Below are positions 41,800-57,290 of a stretch of DNA of 64,000 nt, in pieces (position 1 is the stretch's first letter; the number at the start of each line of letters is the position of its first letter). The position numbers and the translations under genes are program-made. Origin of the DNA: Eledone cirrhosa (Eukaryota); contig OZ024741.1 in the NCBI GenBank assembly GCA_964016885.1, forward strand, positions 63,178,001-63,242,000. Direction: 5' to 3'. The notes under the pieces are model-generated. The model was not told the DNA's origin and searched no databases. It was given only the letters and a program-made list of their open reading frames with translations.

Positions 41800-42210
41800 C
41801 GTGTCGTCCGAAACCATAATTCTCTGCTCTTACATTTAGCACACTGAAGCACAGATGAACCACGTGTAGAGGTGGTTTATTTCCCTCCAGAATATGGCTA
41901 AGGCAGTTCTGATGAAACCTTCCTAAAGTATTTATGTGCTTTCTGTATCTGGTCCATCTTTCGGAGGCATACAAAAGTGCAGTGAGACTACAAGCTTCAT
42001 ACATTGTTACCTTTCTTGATAACTGGGATAACAGTCTCTTTTGCAACCTATCAAACGTTGATCATGCACTTCTAATACGGAAATTCAATTGTTCACCTTA
42101 TGAACCGTCTTTTGAGATTGTACTTCCTAGACAAATAAAGCAATTGACATTCGCTAAACGAACTCCACCAACAAAAATGTTTGGCTCTTGAAATGAATTA
42201 AGAGGTGCCG
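41800..42210 (-). mobile_element. Decayed RTE-clade LINE fragment
   Basis: MYEACSLTALLYASERW...LGRFHQNCLSHIL. Confidence 0.7.
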
Positions 42211-43573
42211 GAGTAAAATGAAGTCAGTCGCGGAATACTGAATAGTTTCTATTGATTGACAATGTCTAGGGCAACATTCTAGCCCCGTCCTTTGAAAAGG
42301 GATGATCAGTGTTCTCCTAAATAGGGCTGTTAAAACAGAGAGGATCCTACCGAATCAGCTAGTATCAGAACACAGAAAGCGATATGAGATGAGATCGTCA
42401 GCCGCCATAATGTTCTGTGCAGAGTTTTGACTAAGATCCTCCTACTTGGCACGCCTGTTCCCATCGCCATGCCCCCATCGCAATAGGACCTCGGTTTGTC
42501 AGCAAGAAAATCACCTACACATCCTTGGATTTAAGTGGCATGTGCTTGTGCAGCATACATACTATGCTCTGAGTATTAGCAAAAATAATCCAGTGACAAG
42601 ATATAAATCAAGATGACTGGCTAAAACTGAAATAACATGTTTTATTAACTGGGTGTTTGGACACCCTGCGGTTGATGCGACATTCTAGGAAATGAGGCGT
42701 CGACAAAAAGCGTTTGAAAATAGAAGAAATTTATAATGATAAATATATACACAAAATATATTTAAAAAACATATATACTTGTATACACATTATTGGATGG
42801 CCTTTCCCCCTCCCGAGTTCCTCCGCACTCCTCATACACCCTTCATTCTTCATTTTTTATATCCATTCCTACGTCTTAATCATCACCCTACGTCTTAATC
42901 ATCACATAAAGGCAACTCCATTATCCACTAAATAATTTAAACACGCATCTGCTTATCAAAATTAATTTCATCACGACCACCAACATAAACACCCATTAGC
43001 AGAAATCTACTGAACCATTTCATTTGATTTACTCCATCCACTACCACAATACAAAGATATTTACAATTCTATTGTTTCTTTAACAATTCCTTTTTTCTAA
43101 AATAATTCTATTTTTCAGAAAATCTTACATTCACTGCCAGCAATTGGCATATATCCATCTACCTATCCATGTTATTTTCCATTCATCTAATTTTCTCTCT
43201 TCATCATCATCTGAAACGTCACCTCTTCTACTAATTCCTATCATCAACTTCATTATCATCATTGTCGCACATACCATGTCCATGCCTTCCTTATTTCTCT
43301 CGGAGTTTCCTTTTTCTTTACCTTTTTTCATTTTATAACACCCTTCCTTCTCACCTGACACACACACCCATCCAAAGTCACCTATCAACCCAGCTTTCTG
43401 CCTTCAGACACTATTTATACTGTTTCTGTAATTGAGAATCTAGTCTTCTATGATGATTCTGCGAGTGGGCAGGTGATATTTCAGAACTTCCGAGGAAGGA
43501 GACTCACCAGTTAGCTATAATAAATGAATATCCAAACTCTACTTCGGCATTGAGTACTCGTTCCCATGGTCCG

Positions 43574-43733
<160 letters not shown>

Positions 43734-44159
43734 TCCAAAACGGCTGACTGAATATGCACGTGTGTATTTCTTTAATATGTTTTCCGGTGCTACCTCCGCC
43801 CACTCTCTATCTTTCTATTTCATCTTTTATTTCTCATTCTATCTTCCGATGAAGGACTAATATTCCAAACGTTAAAACTTTATTATTTCAAACATTTAAC
43901 TAACATATTTCTCATATATATATAAATACATGAGGGTAGACTGAAAATTTCATAGTCTGAATATGAATAAGTGATGCTAGAGCTGTGAAATATTACCTGC
44001 ATTGAATTCAATAGAGAAAACATATTCCTGAGTTTAGGGAACTCACATGCCAAATTTGAACATGATTAGTCCACTGGTTTTTAAGTGCATACCAGACAAA
44101 CGGACAAATAAACGAGCTATTATAAATATATATATGTGTATATATATATATATATATAT

Positions 44160-45702
44160 CATCATCATCGTTTAACGTCCATATTCCACGCTTGCATGGG
44201 TTTGGACGGGAGTTTTCCCACTTGAGGCAAGAGTGGTTTTCTTGCTCGCATAGGACTGTCTGGCGGGTTTTCTACGGCTGGATGCCCTTCCTAACACCAA
44301 CCACGTTTACGGTGTGGACTGGGAGGTTTTTACCGTGTTACCTACACGGCCACATTACAGCGTGGACTGTGTATTTTTTTGTCGTGACACCTACACGACC
44401 TCATTTGTTTCGGGCTGGATGTTGTGGTACCAACATAACTTTACATTGAAAGGGGTGGTGTGGATGGGGTGGGGGTAGTGGGACGGGGGTGTATTTTGTT
44501 AGGTGCCTACTGACTGTAGTAGGTTTCACTTTGTACTTAGGTAAGGCGGGTCTTCTCTATTACTGTGTAGCGCCAAAGCTCTCGGTCCAGTGACATTGTC
44601 TTGGAGAGGTGTAAGTGTGTGAGGTCGGAATGTATCAAGTCGTCTCAGGTTTTTCTGGGTCTGCCTACTCCGTGGCTACCGTCAATTTTTATTGCCCTGC
44701 ACTTTTTTATACAGCTGTCGTCTTTCATGCGCATCACGTGACCGTACCAACGTAGTCTTCCCTCGAGTAAACAACATCTGATCCCTTTTATTTCTAATTT
44801 TTCCTTTAGTTCGTTTATGCTTTGCCGTTCACGTATATTACTATTACACATGCAGCGGAGCATGCAAGCTTCGTTCCTCTCCAGTCTGCGTATATCATCT
44901 GCACACAATGCCCAGGTCTCACTGCCATGCAACATTGCTGTTCGTCTGCAGGCATCATACAGCCTGCCTTTCATTTTTAGGGAGAACCCTTTAGCGGCTA
45001 ATAGTGGTATAAGCTCTCTGAACTTCTTCCATCCAGTTCTGACTCTAGCTACTGTACTTTCAGAGCACCATCCCCCACTGCTGCTTTTGTCACCCAGGTA
45101 ACGGAAGCTGTCCACTATTTCTAAAGAACCATCTGTGCAATGGAATGAGCTAGTATTTTGTGGGCACTTGCTGCTACCTATTGCACCAGAGCACCGGCCA
45201 CATATAAAATCTATGTTCTTAGTTAGCTTACCTGTGATCCCACTACATCTTTTATGCACCCATACTTTGCATTTGGGACATAAAATGGAGTTTCTACCTA
45301 CTCATTTCCTACACACTGAGCATGGCCATTTCCCGGATGGGACCGGCGCCCTATTTTCCTTCCTACAAACTAGAACTTTAGTCTTAGACAGGTTAATTTT
45401 AAGGCCTTTTGATTCTAGGCCATGCTTCCATGTTTGAAATTTCTTCTCTAGTTCGGCCACTGATTCAGCTATGAGCGTTAGATCATCTGCGTATATGAGT
45501 TCCCACTGGCAGCCGGTCTTAAACTCCACTGTTATAGCCTGAAGGGCAATAATAAATAGTAGGGAGCTAAGAACCGAGCCCTGATGAACACCAACTTTTA
45601 CCCTAAACTCTTCACTATATTCGTTTGTTAATTCTAACCTTGCTGACTGTTTCTTTATACATGGCTTGTATAGCTCTCACAAGCCATTCATCAACACCTA
45701 GT

Positions 45703-45705
<3 letters not shown>
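44160..45705 (-). mobile_element. 5'-truncated RTE-clade LINE with a Cys-rich (PHD-like) insertion after the RT core
   Basis: VGVHQGSVLS, LIYADDL, WPCSVCRK...CPKCKVWVHKRC...FICGRC, FRYLG, GSETW, RLRWYGHV, GRPRKT; (GAT)n tail. Confidence 0.92.
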
Positions 45706-45749
<44 letters not shown>

Positions 45750-45917
45750 TTCCATGACTGAATTTTAACCATCTACTTAGTCAAGGTATGTCATGCATCA
45801 TCTTATTTTATCTGATGATGACGTACTGTCGAAGATAGCTCAGGACCTCTGAAATATGTATAATAAAATATACTTGATCACACGAATGTCTATTTTTGTT
45901 AATATTTTGAATTAATA

Positions 45918-46380
<463 letters not shown>

Positions 46381-46414
46381 ATCGTTTCAAATTTTATACA
46401 TGTATTGTACTTAC

Positions 46415-46571
46415 CCCAACCTAAGAGGTAATACAGCTTGTAATTTGGATTGCCAGAAAATACGGATACCACGATCATGTTGTGGAGGTAAAATCCTTCG
46501 AGAAACATCCACATGAAAGATACTGTTTTGCTATATTCCAGCAAACTGTACACAACTTTACATACGGACGG
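46415..46571 (-). CDS. PDFR: Exon (TM3-ICL2-start of TM4) of the PDF receptor-like GPCR
   Basis: tttcAG acceptor, GTAAGT donor; 157 nt, phase 0 to 1. Encodes [52 protein letters not shown](G), with the class B WMxxEGxYLH and GWG motifs. Confidence 0.93.
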
Positions 46572-46779
46572 CTGAAAGTATATAAAACAACTCAAATAAA
46601 TAGAAAATCAAATGGTTCCAAAGAATGGTATGATTAAATACTAAAAGATAGAATTAATAGAAATTTTTATAAAAGTCAAGTATACGAATATGGTTGTCTA
46701 TTCACCACGTAGTATGACATCCAAGACTTTAAACTATATTCATGTTGACAATTGTATTATATTATTTTCACACAGTAAG

Positions 46780-46968
46780 GGCGGTGGATTGGCAGTATCG
46801 GTAGAGGGTCGGACACCATGTTTTCCAGCATAGTTACGTCTGTTTACGATCTGAGTTTAAATCCCGCCGAGGTTGACTTTGCCTTTCATCATTACGGGGT
46901 TGATAGAATAAAGTACCAGTAATGCACTGGGTAATTGCTGGCCTTGTGCCTAAAGTAGAAACAATTAT
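46780..46968 (+). mobile_element. tRNA-derived SINE; other copies on - at about 48650-48845, 48855-49030, 49225-49420, 55436-55615, 60974-61160, and decayed on + at about 17725, 55650, 61410, 62210
   Basis: tggcag..tcggtag A box, gagtt(t/c)aaatccc B box, core gccgaggttgactttgcctttcatc, tail ggccttgtgcctaaagtagaaa. Confidence 0.85.
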
Positions 46969-49655
46969 TTTCACACAGTAAAATAATATCAGTGACGCTA
47001 TCTAAGTTATCTATGGCTCCCTCTAAGTGAAAATAACTGCTACCTAGAGTTCTATTATAATTTCTATAAATGTATGACTTTTTCGCTATTCAAATATTTT
47101 CACCTATTTCCATCTTTTAACAATTTCTGTTATCCCCAGGGTTTGTCCTTATAATAACAATCTTCTATACAAGGTTATATGCAAACTATTATGTTCTAAA
47201 CTTTATCCTCTTATTACTAATTCACAGTAGAACAATCAGTTCCGATAGCTGCACAAGACGTTAGGGATATGTGATTGGGAGGTTTAGGGTGGGGATGCAT
47301 AAACCATAACTGTGTTAGTCTTGATTAAATTGTCCTATGGTTAAAAACATTTTAACTGTTACTTTCCAGTCGTTATAGTAGAATCTAGCATAAAAATACG
47401 TTTGTTATTTTTTGGCAGCTCGTGCCACTGCTTATTAATTTCAGCCACGAATCTATGCCTGTTACATTAGAAAACAGCATGATTATAGTCGTCTTTAAAC
47501 TAGGAAACTGGACCTGATTCTTGCGACGGATTAGACCCCATTAAATACATCCAACAGCTAAGTGGTAATTGCCATGCCGGATGGGTGTTATTGAAGTACA
47601 TATAATATATGTACAAACACATGACTTGATAGCGGCCACATCTCTCAAGACATATATGTTCGGGTGATCTGAATATTGTACGATTGTGGAATAAGTTTCA
47701 ATTTTACATTCCATTGTACATTAATTAAATGAACATAGGTGTTATTGATAGATAATTAGATGGCTTGAACATTGAAAATTGAAAATGTAAAGAGTTGAAT
47801 GCTCTCTGCCACAGACAGAAGCAAACCTCAACTTTCAGTGAAAACAAGATTCACGTGTAGTGTATATACTTTGGCCCATTTAATTATACATACGAAGTAG
47901 CTAGGGAAGAATGGGAAGTTATATACCTCATGTTATTTCATTTGGTCTTAAATCATTTCTAATGAAACATTTCAGAAACTATTTGTGAATGAATACTTTG
48001 TGTTTCCTATATAACTGTTGAATGGTTATTGTTACATATTCACACCACCATGATATATAATACATTCCTCAAAGCAGTTTAGTTTTAGTTAACAGAGCTT
48101 CATACTTCCAAAAATTGTATCTCTTACCTCGGAGCTCATGATCTAATTCCAATATTTTTGCATTATGGCATCTGTCATTCAATAACACGATCTTCATGCA
48201 ACTGAAGCCCATATTTGCATTGATTCGTTGAAGTTTTCGAGGTTTTTTTCAAATGTTTTCGCACAAACTTTTCGCTACAATTATTTTTAAATATATGCTA
48301 TATTCTGGAGTATATCGTTTTAATTTCTTTTCTTTCTTCATAGTGACTACATAATAATGCATTTGTGAATATTCTCCGTCTCTCTTGATGCCTTTTGGTC
48401 CATAATTGACGACAAAGAATATGTGACTTGAACTTGAATATATGTAGGACGGGTGGGTTAAGTGTTTCTAATATTCTTGCATAATTCCAAGGTTAAGTGA
48501 AACTATTCATTATTATATAAGTTTGAACATTCGCATTCCACCGACATTTGTTTCCGGTTTCTATTATTTGCTTCTTCTGCGAGGTCAGTTATAAGTCTTG
48601 AGATGTAATTCGCATCTGTCAGCACGATAGCTCTGTAGAAACGATTGATTTCTATTCTAGGCACAAGGCCAGCAGATTCGGAGGAAGCACAAAGTTGATT
48701 AAACTAAACAAGTACTTGATCGATACTATATTTAATCGATCCCGGAAGGACGAGATGTAAGGCTGATCATAGCAGAATTTTAAATCTGAGGCAGAATAAA
48801 TAGAGCCATGTTATTTTATCCGACGCTCTACCAATTCTGCCAACCTATATTATGTATCTATCATAGGCACAAGGCCTGCCATTTTGTGGAAATGAAATGT
48901 CGATCATACTGACCCCAAATGTATTGATCTCGGAAGGACGAAACATAAAGTTACCTCGGCGAAATCGGAACTCAGAAACTACAAATCTGGAACAAATACA
49001 TCTAAGCATTGGTCCGAAACTCTAATATATTCTCCATAGAAAACATGCCACCAAACGTACTTTCAAATATTTCACACATTCACAAAGAAACAGTTTCATG
49101 TAGCAGCAATTTTCTTTTACCTGATTTACCTATATGGCTGAAACCGTAAAAAAACTCCAGTTTATCTCGATGTTTACCGTCATACATACTTCTACTGCAC
49201 ATTAGATATAAAAGGACCGTAATAATTATTTCTAATTAAGACACTCGGCTAAGAATTTGGGGAAAATGCAATTATAGCGATCCATTTCTTTACTGGTACA
49301 ATATTTTACCGAACACCAAAGTGTGAAAGCAAAAGATGATTTCGGTGGTATTTGAATTTAGAACGTAAATAAATCCAACAAAATATTTTCTTCGACTCAC
49401 TACCGTTATTGACAATGCAATGCCCTTTGATTGATCATAATAATAATTCTAGATTTATGCTATGGCAAAAACCATAAAATCTCGAATGCTTGCAACGGAG
49501 GATAATCCGTTGCAAACAGCAATTTACAAAGTGGCGGCTTTACGATGGACCACATATTTAGTCTACCCACTCCGACAGAAAACAGGAACAGCCCTTCTGA
49601 TAAGGTTCCATACACTTTTTATCAAATTTAATGAATAAATATACATACACACAAA

Positions 49656-49706
<51 letters not shown>

Positions 49707-49729
49707 ACAAACACACATATATATATATG

Positions 49730-49852
<123 letters not shown>

Positions 49853-49854
49853 GC

Positions 49855-49892
<38 letters not shown>

Positions 49893-49900
<8 letters not shown>

Positions 49901-50125
49901 ATGCTTTGGGAGGGTCATGTTGCCAATAAGAAACTCACGCACCAGTTGCTTTCACTCCAATTTATTATAATTTAAATTCATAAATTTAATTTATAATAAA
50001 TTGGAGTGAAAGCAACTGGTGCGTGAGTTTCTTATTGGCAACATGACCCTCCCAAAACATAACAATATCGGTTTCAACACACGTTTTCAGATAAAGAATC
50101 TTGCTAAACAAATTCAGAAACGAAA
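49893..50125. repeat. Fold-back (49893-49970 / 49991-50068) with a one-sided extension, between TA tracts
   Basis: atattgttatgctttgggagggtcatg... / ...catgaccctcccaaaacataacaatat. Confidence 0.88.
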
Positions 50126-50160
50126 TATATATATAAATAAATAAATAAATAGATAAATAA

Positions 50161-50287
<127 letters not shown>

Positions 50288-50424
50288 AATTAAAATACTA
50301 GAGTGTGTTGGAGAAGTAATTTGATTGGTTTGTCAATAATTATAATAAATTTCGCGCCAGTTCGCGTTACAATAGTTCTTCAAATAAGAGGGGGGGGTTG
50401 TCACAGGTTGTTTTTTCATATATG

Positions 50425-51050
50425 AGTGTTTGAATTTCTTTTTACTTGAAAAAAGGAGGCTCACGAAGGCTTTTTTTTGGTTGGTCATAAATGAAATTAT
50501 GGCTGTCACGTGAACAAATTTTCATTAAATTTGTGTGCCCTTATTTGGAAATCCATTATGTAGCCTTTTTAGAGAATTTTATGATAAGTGAAAGATAATG
50601 GTCAAGAGAAAGGGATGGGAGAATTGTTCTGGTTCAGTGAATATGGTTAGTTCACTGGGGTGTCAGAATTCAGATTTTTTATTGAATAAAGAAAGTAAAG
50701 ATATGTGTGTTTATCTGTGTGCTTGTGTGTGTGTGTGCGTGTGTGTGTGTGTGTGTGTGTTTGAATTTCTTTACTTTAAAAAAAGGTGGCTCGCGAAGGC
50801 TTTTTTTTAATAAACGTGATTTGATTGGTTATAAATGAAATTTGGCTGTCACGTGAACAAGTTTTCATTACATTTTTGCGCCCTTATTTGGAAAACTATT
50901 CTGTAGTCTTTATAGCGAATGTTATGACAATGGAAAGATAGTGGTCAAGAGAAATGGGATTGGGAGAATTGTTCTGGTTCAGTGAATATGGTTAGTTCGC
51001 TGGGGTTTCAGAGTTCAGATTTTCTATTGAAGTGAAGATATGTATGTTTA
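50425..51050. repeat. Diverged tandem duplication, period about 330 bp
   Basis: gtgtttgaatttctt...ggctgtcacgtgaacaa...ggagaattgttctggttcagtgaatatggttagttc occurs twice. Confidence 0.85.
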
Positions 51051-51313
51051 TTTGTGCGCAGTTATTTTTCGTGTCCGCTAAGTCGTCCCTTCACGTATCA
51101 TATACACATATATATATACTTATAAAAGAAAATGAGGTTTTCTTTCATAGAAAAACACACACACAAAAAAAAATGTTGTCCTGCATGGGTGAACACATAA
51201 GGAAGAGAAATTGAAAATGCAACTGTAGTCTTTTAAGAATATATATATTTATTTATTTTACCGAAATAAATAAATATTTTTAAAAGACACCAGTTGCATT
51301 TTCAATTTCTATT

Positions 51314-51365
<52 letters not shown>

Positions 51366-51370
<5 letters not shown>

Positions 51371-51528
51371 CGAAACATACTTCAATTGCATGAACTCATA
51401 ATCCTTTATTTACTGCTATATATATTTCGATGATAGCCATAGAATGCCTATGACCTCATCAGGCAGTTAGTCAGTTCTTAGATATGCCAGCTCTGTGTTG
51501 ATAGTGTTGATGGTATCGGAGCCTTGGG

Positions 51529-51563
<35 letters not shown>

Positions 51564-51725
51564 GTGACGAAACATACGTCAATTGCATGAACTCATAATC
51601 CTTTATTTACTGCTATATATATTCCAATGATAGCCATTTAATGGCTATGACCTCATCAGGCAGTTAGTGAGTTCTTAGATATGCCAGCTCTGTGTTTGTA
51701 GTGTTGAAGGTATCGGAGCCTTGAT
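51366..51725 (-). ncRNA. Two tandem hammerhead units (period 197); ribozymes at 51412-51467 and 51609-51664
   Basis: actgc CTGATGA ggtcatagg...ctatcatc GAAA tatata TA gcagt; the second copy has GGAA. Related to the 16942 ribozyme. Confidence 0.85.
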
Positions 51726-51739
51726 ACACACACACACAG

Positions 51740-51805
<66 letters not shown>

Positions 51806-52464
51806 AATAGAAATTGAAAATGAAACTGGTTTCTTTTAAAAATATTTATTTATTTCGGTAAAATAAATAAATATATATATTCTTAAAAGACTACAGTTGC
51901 ATTTTCAATTTCTCTTCCTTATGTTTTCACCCGTGCAGGACAACTGTTTATTTTGTGTGTGTGTGTGTTTTTCTATAAAAAAAAAACCTCATTTTCTTTT
52001 ATAAATATATATATATATTTAAAAAGGCCTTCGAAGCTAATGACTTCAAATTTTGATTTAAAGACTTTGGGGTGGACATCACTACAGTTTCTAGGTTTTA
52101 ACGTCAATACTGTTCTCTCCTCTGTGCATGGAGTCGCAATAAAACGGGTGGCAACAGAGATAGGACGAGTATACCTCTTGCTGAATTATTCATGGAAATA
52201 TTAAAACTGAAAATACTAAAAAATTAAATTAATTAAAATGTTACAACCATTTTTTTTTGTTTTGGTCTTTACTTGAGTAATTCCACGAAAGGTATACTCT
52301 TCCTGTCCTTGTTCTTACATGTTTTGTTGCGTCACCATGTGCTCTAGACTGAACAGTATTTACTTTAAAGCTTCGAAACTGTTGCGATCTCCAAGGATTT
52401 CCGTTGTATCTTCCGTTGTCTTTGTCACGTGCGCACCAATGGTTTTTACATACACATGCGCACG

Positions 52465-52603
<139 letters not shown>

Positions 52604-52905
52604 CAGGCTTCTGCTCAGTAGTCCCATCCTACCAAATATGACTCAGTCAATGAAAGAATAATTTTGCCTACTCTGGGCAGTGGGATTGATAGCAGAATCA
52701 CTTGTTCGCTCCAAACTTAGTAGCGATGCAGTCGTACCGACTGGCAGTTACCCACTTCCTCTCGCCCAAAATGGAAACTCCTACCTACGATATATACACA
52801 CACACATATATATATAACGAAGGAATTGTGGTAACGAACCAGATGGACCAGTCCAGAAATAGCCGTCGAAACGGCTTGTGCTCTGCCGTCGGGGTCATAT
52901 ATTTT

Positions 52906-52939
<34 letters not shown>

Positions 52940-52959
52940 TGTGTGTGTGTGTGTGTGTG

Positions 52960-53146
52960 TGTTATTCGGGTTGAATCGGAGGTAACCACAGTAAGTAAAG
53001 TACTCAACACATTGCAGAGTATAAAAGTTTTAACATAGAATAGCTTCTACAGTTCTACAGGACTAGAACTGTTTCATTCGTGAGAAATCATCAGTGCTTC
53101 CTGATGACTTCTCACGAATGAAACAGTTCTAGTCCTTTAGAAGCTC

Positions 53147-53151
<5 letters not shown>
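52960..53151. mobile_element. Tail + short fold-back; hammerhead 53096-53144 (+)
   Basis: gcttc CTGATGA cttc-tcac-gaat GAAA cag ttctagtc ct(t/g) TA gaagc; the mirror arm ends at tcatcag, 53094. Confidence 0.8.
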
Positions 53152-53217
<66 letters not shown>

Positions 53218-53222
53218 GTATG

Positions 53223-53289
<67 letters not shown>

Positions 53290-53464
53290 AAATTTCGCTC
53301 TACATGGCTGAATACAATAGATGTAATCTGAGTTTTTCGAATATTAATAATAACATTCGATTCGTTTGCAATTTTGCAAACAAGCCTCAATTTTATAGCC
53401 ATGTCAGTAGAATGAACACTTCATTCTTTGATTCGTCAAAGTGACATTATATATGTGTATACAT

Positions 53465-53499
<35 letters not shown>

Positions 53500-53500
<1 letters not shown>

Positions 53501-54105
53501 GAGAGTTTGCTTGAAGTTTGCTTGAAGTTTGCTTGAAGCATTGTGGAATAATAAGATTTATTTTCTTTTGGTCGTTTTGGAAGCCTCAACAATGCAGATG
53601 GGTAAGTCTCCGGGTAACAGGATCCGGTGGTGAAGAAAGAGATGTAAGGGAATGTAGAATGAGATGTATAGTGTGTAGAGGAACGTAGGAAAGAGCGTAA
53701 AAAAAAATAATAACACGAGATAGGAGACCTTGGGAGAGATTTAATTTGTCCCTATATTTCTGATTCGCATCCATTAACTGGGGGGGGGGGTTTCCGGGGG
53801 GGGGGAGTTATCTGTTGGAGAGGAACGGGGTAGGTGTCCTCTGTTGTTCGCTGTTTGTGACTAACTGAGGTATTCTGCAGAGCACACGTGCGCGCGGAAT
53901 AGGTGCGGTCAAGCAAAGGTCGAAGCAGTTCATTTAATTGAGGGAGTGGGATGGCGTTAGCTGTCAATCCATTGTACTATTTATCTGTGCTGGTTTTTGG
54001 TACTAGCAGTGTAGTATAGTCGTATGGTAGTAGTCTGCCTGGTCACTCGTTGGTCGGTGGGAGGTGGCGGTGCTACACACACACAATACCAATCGTTCGA
54101 ATGCC

Positions 54106-54200
<95 letters not shown>

Positions 54201-54340
54201 GCGTGTGTTGTTGTCTCGTTTGTTTACACCAACCACCTCATCTCGCTTCTCTCGAATCGGTTATTTATTTGTGGCCCTAGGCGTTTGATCCAAAGTGCTT
54301 CCTTGATTCGTAACGTGCCGACGTTGCGTTCTGTTGCTAG

Positions 54341-54342
<2 letters not shown>
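53500..54342 (-). mobile_element. 3' end of a Penelope/Poseidon-type PLE (last about 40 endonuclease codons + UTR)
   Basis: LLATERNVGTLRIKEALWIKRLGPQINNRFE*, typical of the PLE GIY-YIG C-terminus. Confidence 0.6.
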
Positions 54343-54377
<35 letters not shown>

Positions 54378-54996
54378 CATACATACATGCATACATGTGT
54401 GTGTGTGTGTGTGTGTAATATTGATATGTGAGTGTGTGTGTGTGTGTGTGTGTGAAGAGTATATATATTGCAATACTCATACATATGTACTATATTCTTA
54501 TGTATGTATGTATGCGGAGTGACAATTGAAACTGTATAGAACTTAACATATAACCATTAATATAAGCTAATATATGTTACATACGACAACAGGTAGCAAT
54601 GTTATACTTCCTTTCTACTTTATTTGCTGAAAGGCTACGACAATATTGCAGCTAACTTGCTTTATCTGGCACAATGACAAAGATAACACCTGCACACACA
54701 CACAGACATTCATACATACACACACAGGCCGACAAAACTACCGAGACACATTCAACCATATAATCAGGAATACACGCATGCCCTTTACACATTTTATTTC
54801 CGTTTACATTATCTATTTATATAATATCTTTATATGTATCTATGGAGCCGTTTAGTAAACTTTGCACGAAAGATCACACTTTTATTTTGGAAATACTTAT
54901 TGTTAAATAGCTACAGAGACAAATAATGGGAAAAAGTGAGATGCAAGAGCAGATGGATAGATAGATAGATAGAAATATATATATATATATATATAT

Positions 54997-55051
<55 letters not shown>

Positions 55052-57015
55052 AGAGGCAGGAGAGCGTGCCGTATGAATGTATTGAAGATGCGGATACATA
55101 TTCAAATTTGCTCTAATAGAACTTTAGGATTACACTCACATAACTCTACTTCAAAGTTAACTAGTTATTCTCAGTATAGAATATATTAAGTCGTTATGTT
55201 CCATTATGTGTCACGTAAATTTTGTTTATATAGACTACTCAGCAAATCTCCACAAATGCATACTATATTCAAAATAGTAACCGATATATTAGTTAGATTG
55301 TAAAGAATTGTATAGAATTCTGTCTCAACAAAAGTGACACTAGAATGAATCGTTATATATATATATATGTACAATATTTATCAATATTATGAACTATATA
55401 TATATATATATAGAAAGAGAGATAATGTATATAACTGTTTCTACTTTAGGCACAAGACCAGCAATTACCCAGTACATTACTGGTAGTTTATTTTATCGAC
55501 CCCGTAAGAATGAAAGGCAAAGTTAACCTCGGCGGGATTTGAACTCAGACTGTAAAGGGACGTAACTATGCTAGAAAGCATCGCGTCCAACCCTCTACCG
55601 ATACTGCCAATTCACCAATGTATATAACGTCAGGCTAAATGTATTGGTATTTGTTCCGCTTTGGTGCTTTCAGAGGCTAAATTCCTCTAATGTCTTCTTT
55701 GCCTTTCATGCTTTGAAGGTTGAATGGTAAAATACTATTGCTGGGCTGGTATTTAATTAATCGACCTTGGTATTGCTACATCATCAATATTGAACTCGGC
55801 CATGAGTGATAGATATTTAAATTGCAGCTCTTTTTGCCCAGGATTTGCGCCCAGGAGATTGTATCAGAAATGGAAGGATCAAGTTTCTTTCGTTTACTCT
55901 GAGAATTGGCTTCTTTCCTTTCATATATATATAGAGAGATATGTATGACTGAGACTGTCTATGCTTCAACTGGAATGTAAACAAATCAACACCACACAAA
56001 TGCTATCCACGAACCGAGCCAAAAATCAAATCAGAATCTGACATTCAACCCATGACAAAAAGTGTTACCGCATCACCCTTAAACTAATTTCACACATGAC
56101 CTCCAAGACCATACCGCAATTCTCTCCGTCAAACAGCAAACAACCTGCTGCAATTACTCTTATGGGCCTAACGAACGTCAATGGGGTGCGTTTGTCGCAT
56201 TATAGGCATGGCTGTGCGATTAAGAACTTTGCAAATAGTGTGTGTTGGAGCACAACATTTTAAACGATTTTCTAAATAATGTTTTCCAGGATGTGTGATG
56301 TGAAGCACCGTAAGTGTGTATAAATGATCTCAGAGAATATCTTTGTTTTGGAATACTCGTAATATCGATCTATAGAGAATAAAATTCGCACTTTTAACAA
56401 ACTACATCCAACTTAGTTTTTCAAATTTGTAATTTTTCATACTTGTGTCGTTTCTCCCCTATCTAATTACATCTAGTAGTTAAAGAAGTTTAATACACAA
56501 CTTAACATCTCGTGAAAGATCATATCAAGGGATTGGCCATAATAAAGGTCATACTGATTATGTGTATTCAAAACGTATAATACCATTTGAATAGAGATTT
56601 AGTACTGATCTTGTCATGCAGTCATTGCACATAAAGATTACTGCGTCAATTTTAAACCTATGTTAAAACCATTTCATAGTTTAAAGAAACCTTTCCTAGC
56701 ATATATATTTATATATTTAAACAGAAAAAAATGTTTTTGTGTTTAAACAAACAAGATCTAACATTTAGGAAATAAAAGTATTATTAGTTACTTTGACTTT
56801 TAAACTTAACAGCTAATCAGTAAATAATTTATTTATTACATGGCTAAGAAAGAACACTGGAAATAACATTTCCCCTTTTCTCTTTTGTTAATTCTTATTT
56901 ATACTAAAACTTGCATTCCCTCCCATGCACTCCTATATTTCCTCCACCATAATTTCCATACCCATCACCTCCTCCTCTTTTACTTTTGTGTTCATTACAA
57001 CAGTCCACTAACTGT

Positions 57016-57080
<65 letters not shown>

Positions 57081-57247
57081 GTGAGGGTTTTTTTACAAAA
57101 TGAAAAATAACCGAGGTGTCCTACACGAGTGAAAGTATAAAGAAAAATAGATGAAAAAGAAAATGCAACTGGAGTCTTATATTTTTTTTAAATATATATA
57201 TTTTTTTAAATAAGACTCCAGTTGCATTTTCGATTTCATCTATTTTT

Positions 57248-57290
<43 letters not shown>

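Noticed and set aside
43928-44010. Mariner-like TIR start (also near 24718)
   Set aside because: No partner TIR or transposase found.
51366-51725. CRISPR-like repeat-spacer pattern
   Set aside because: Eukaryotic context, only two long units, no cas genes.
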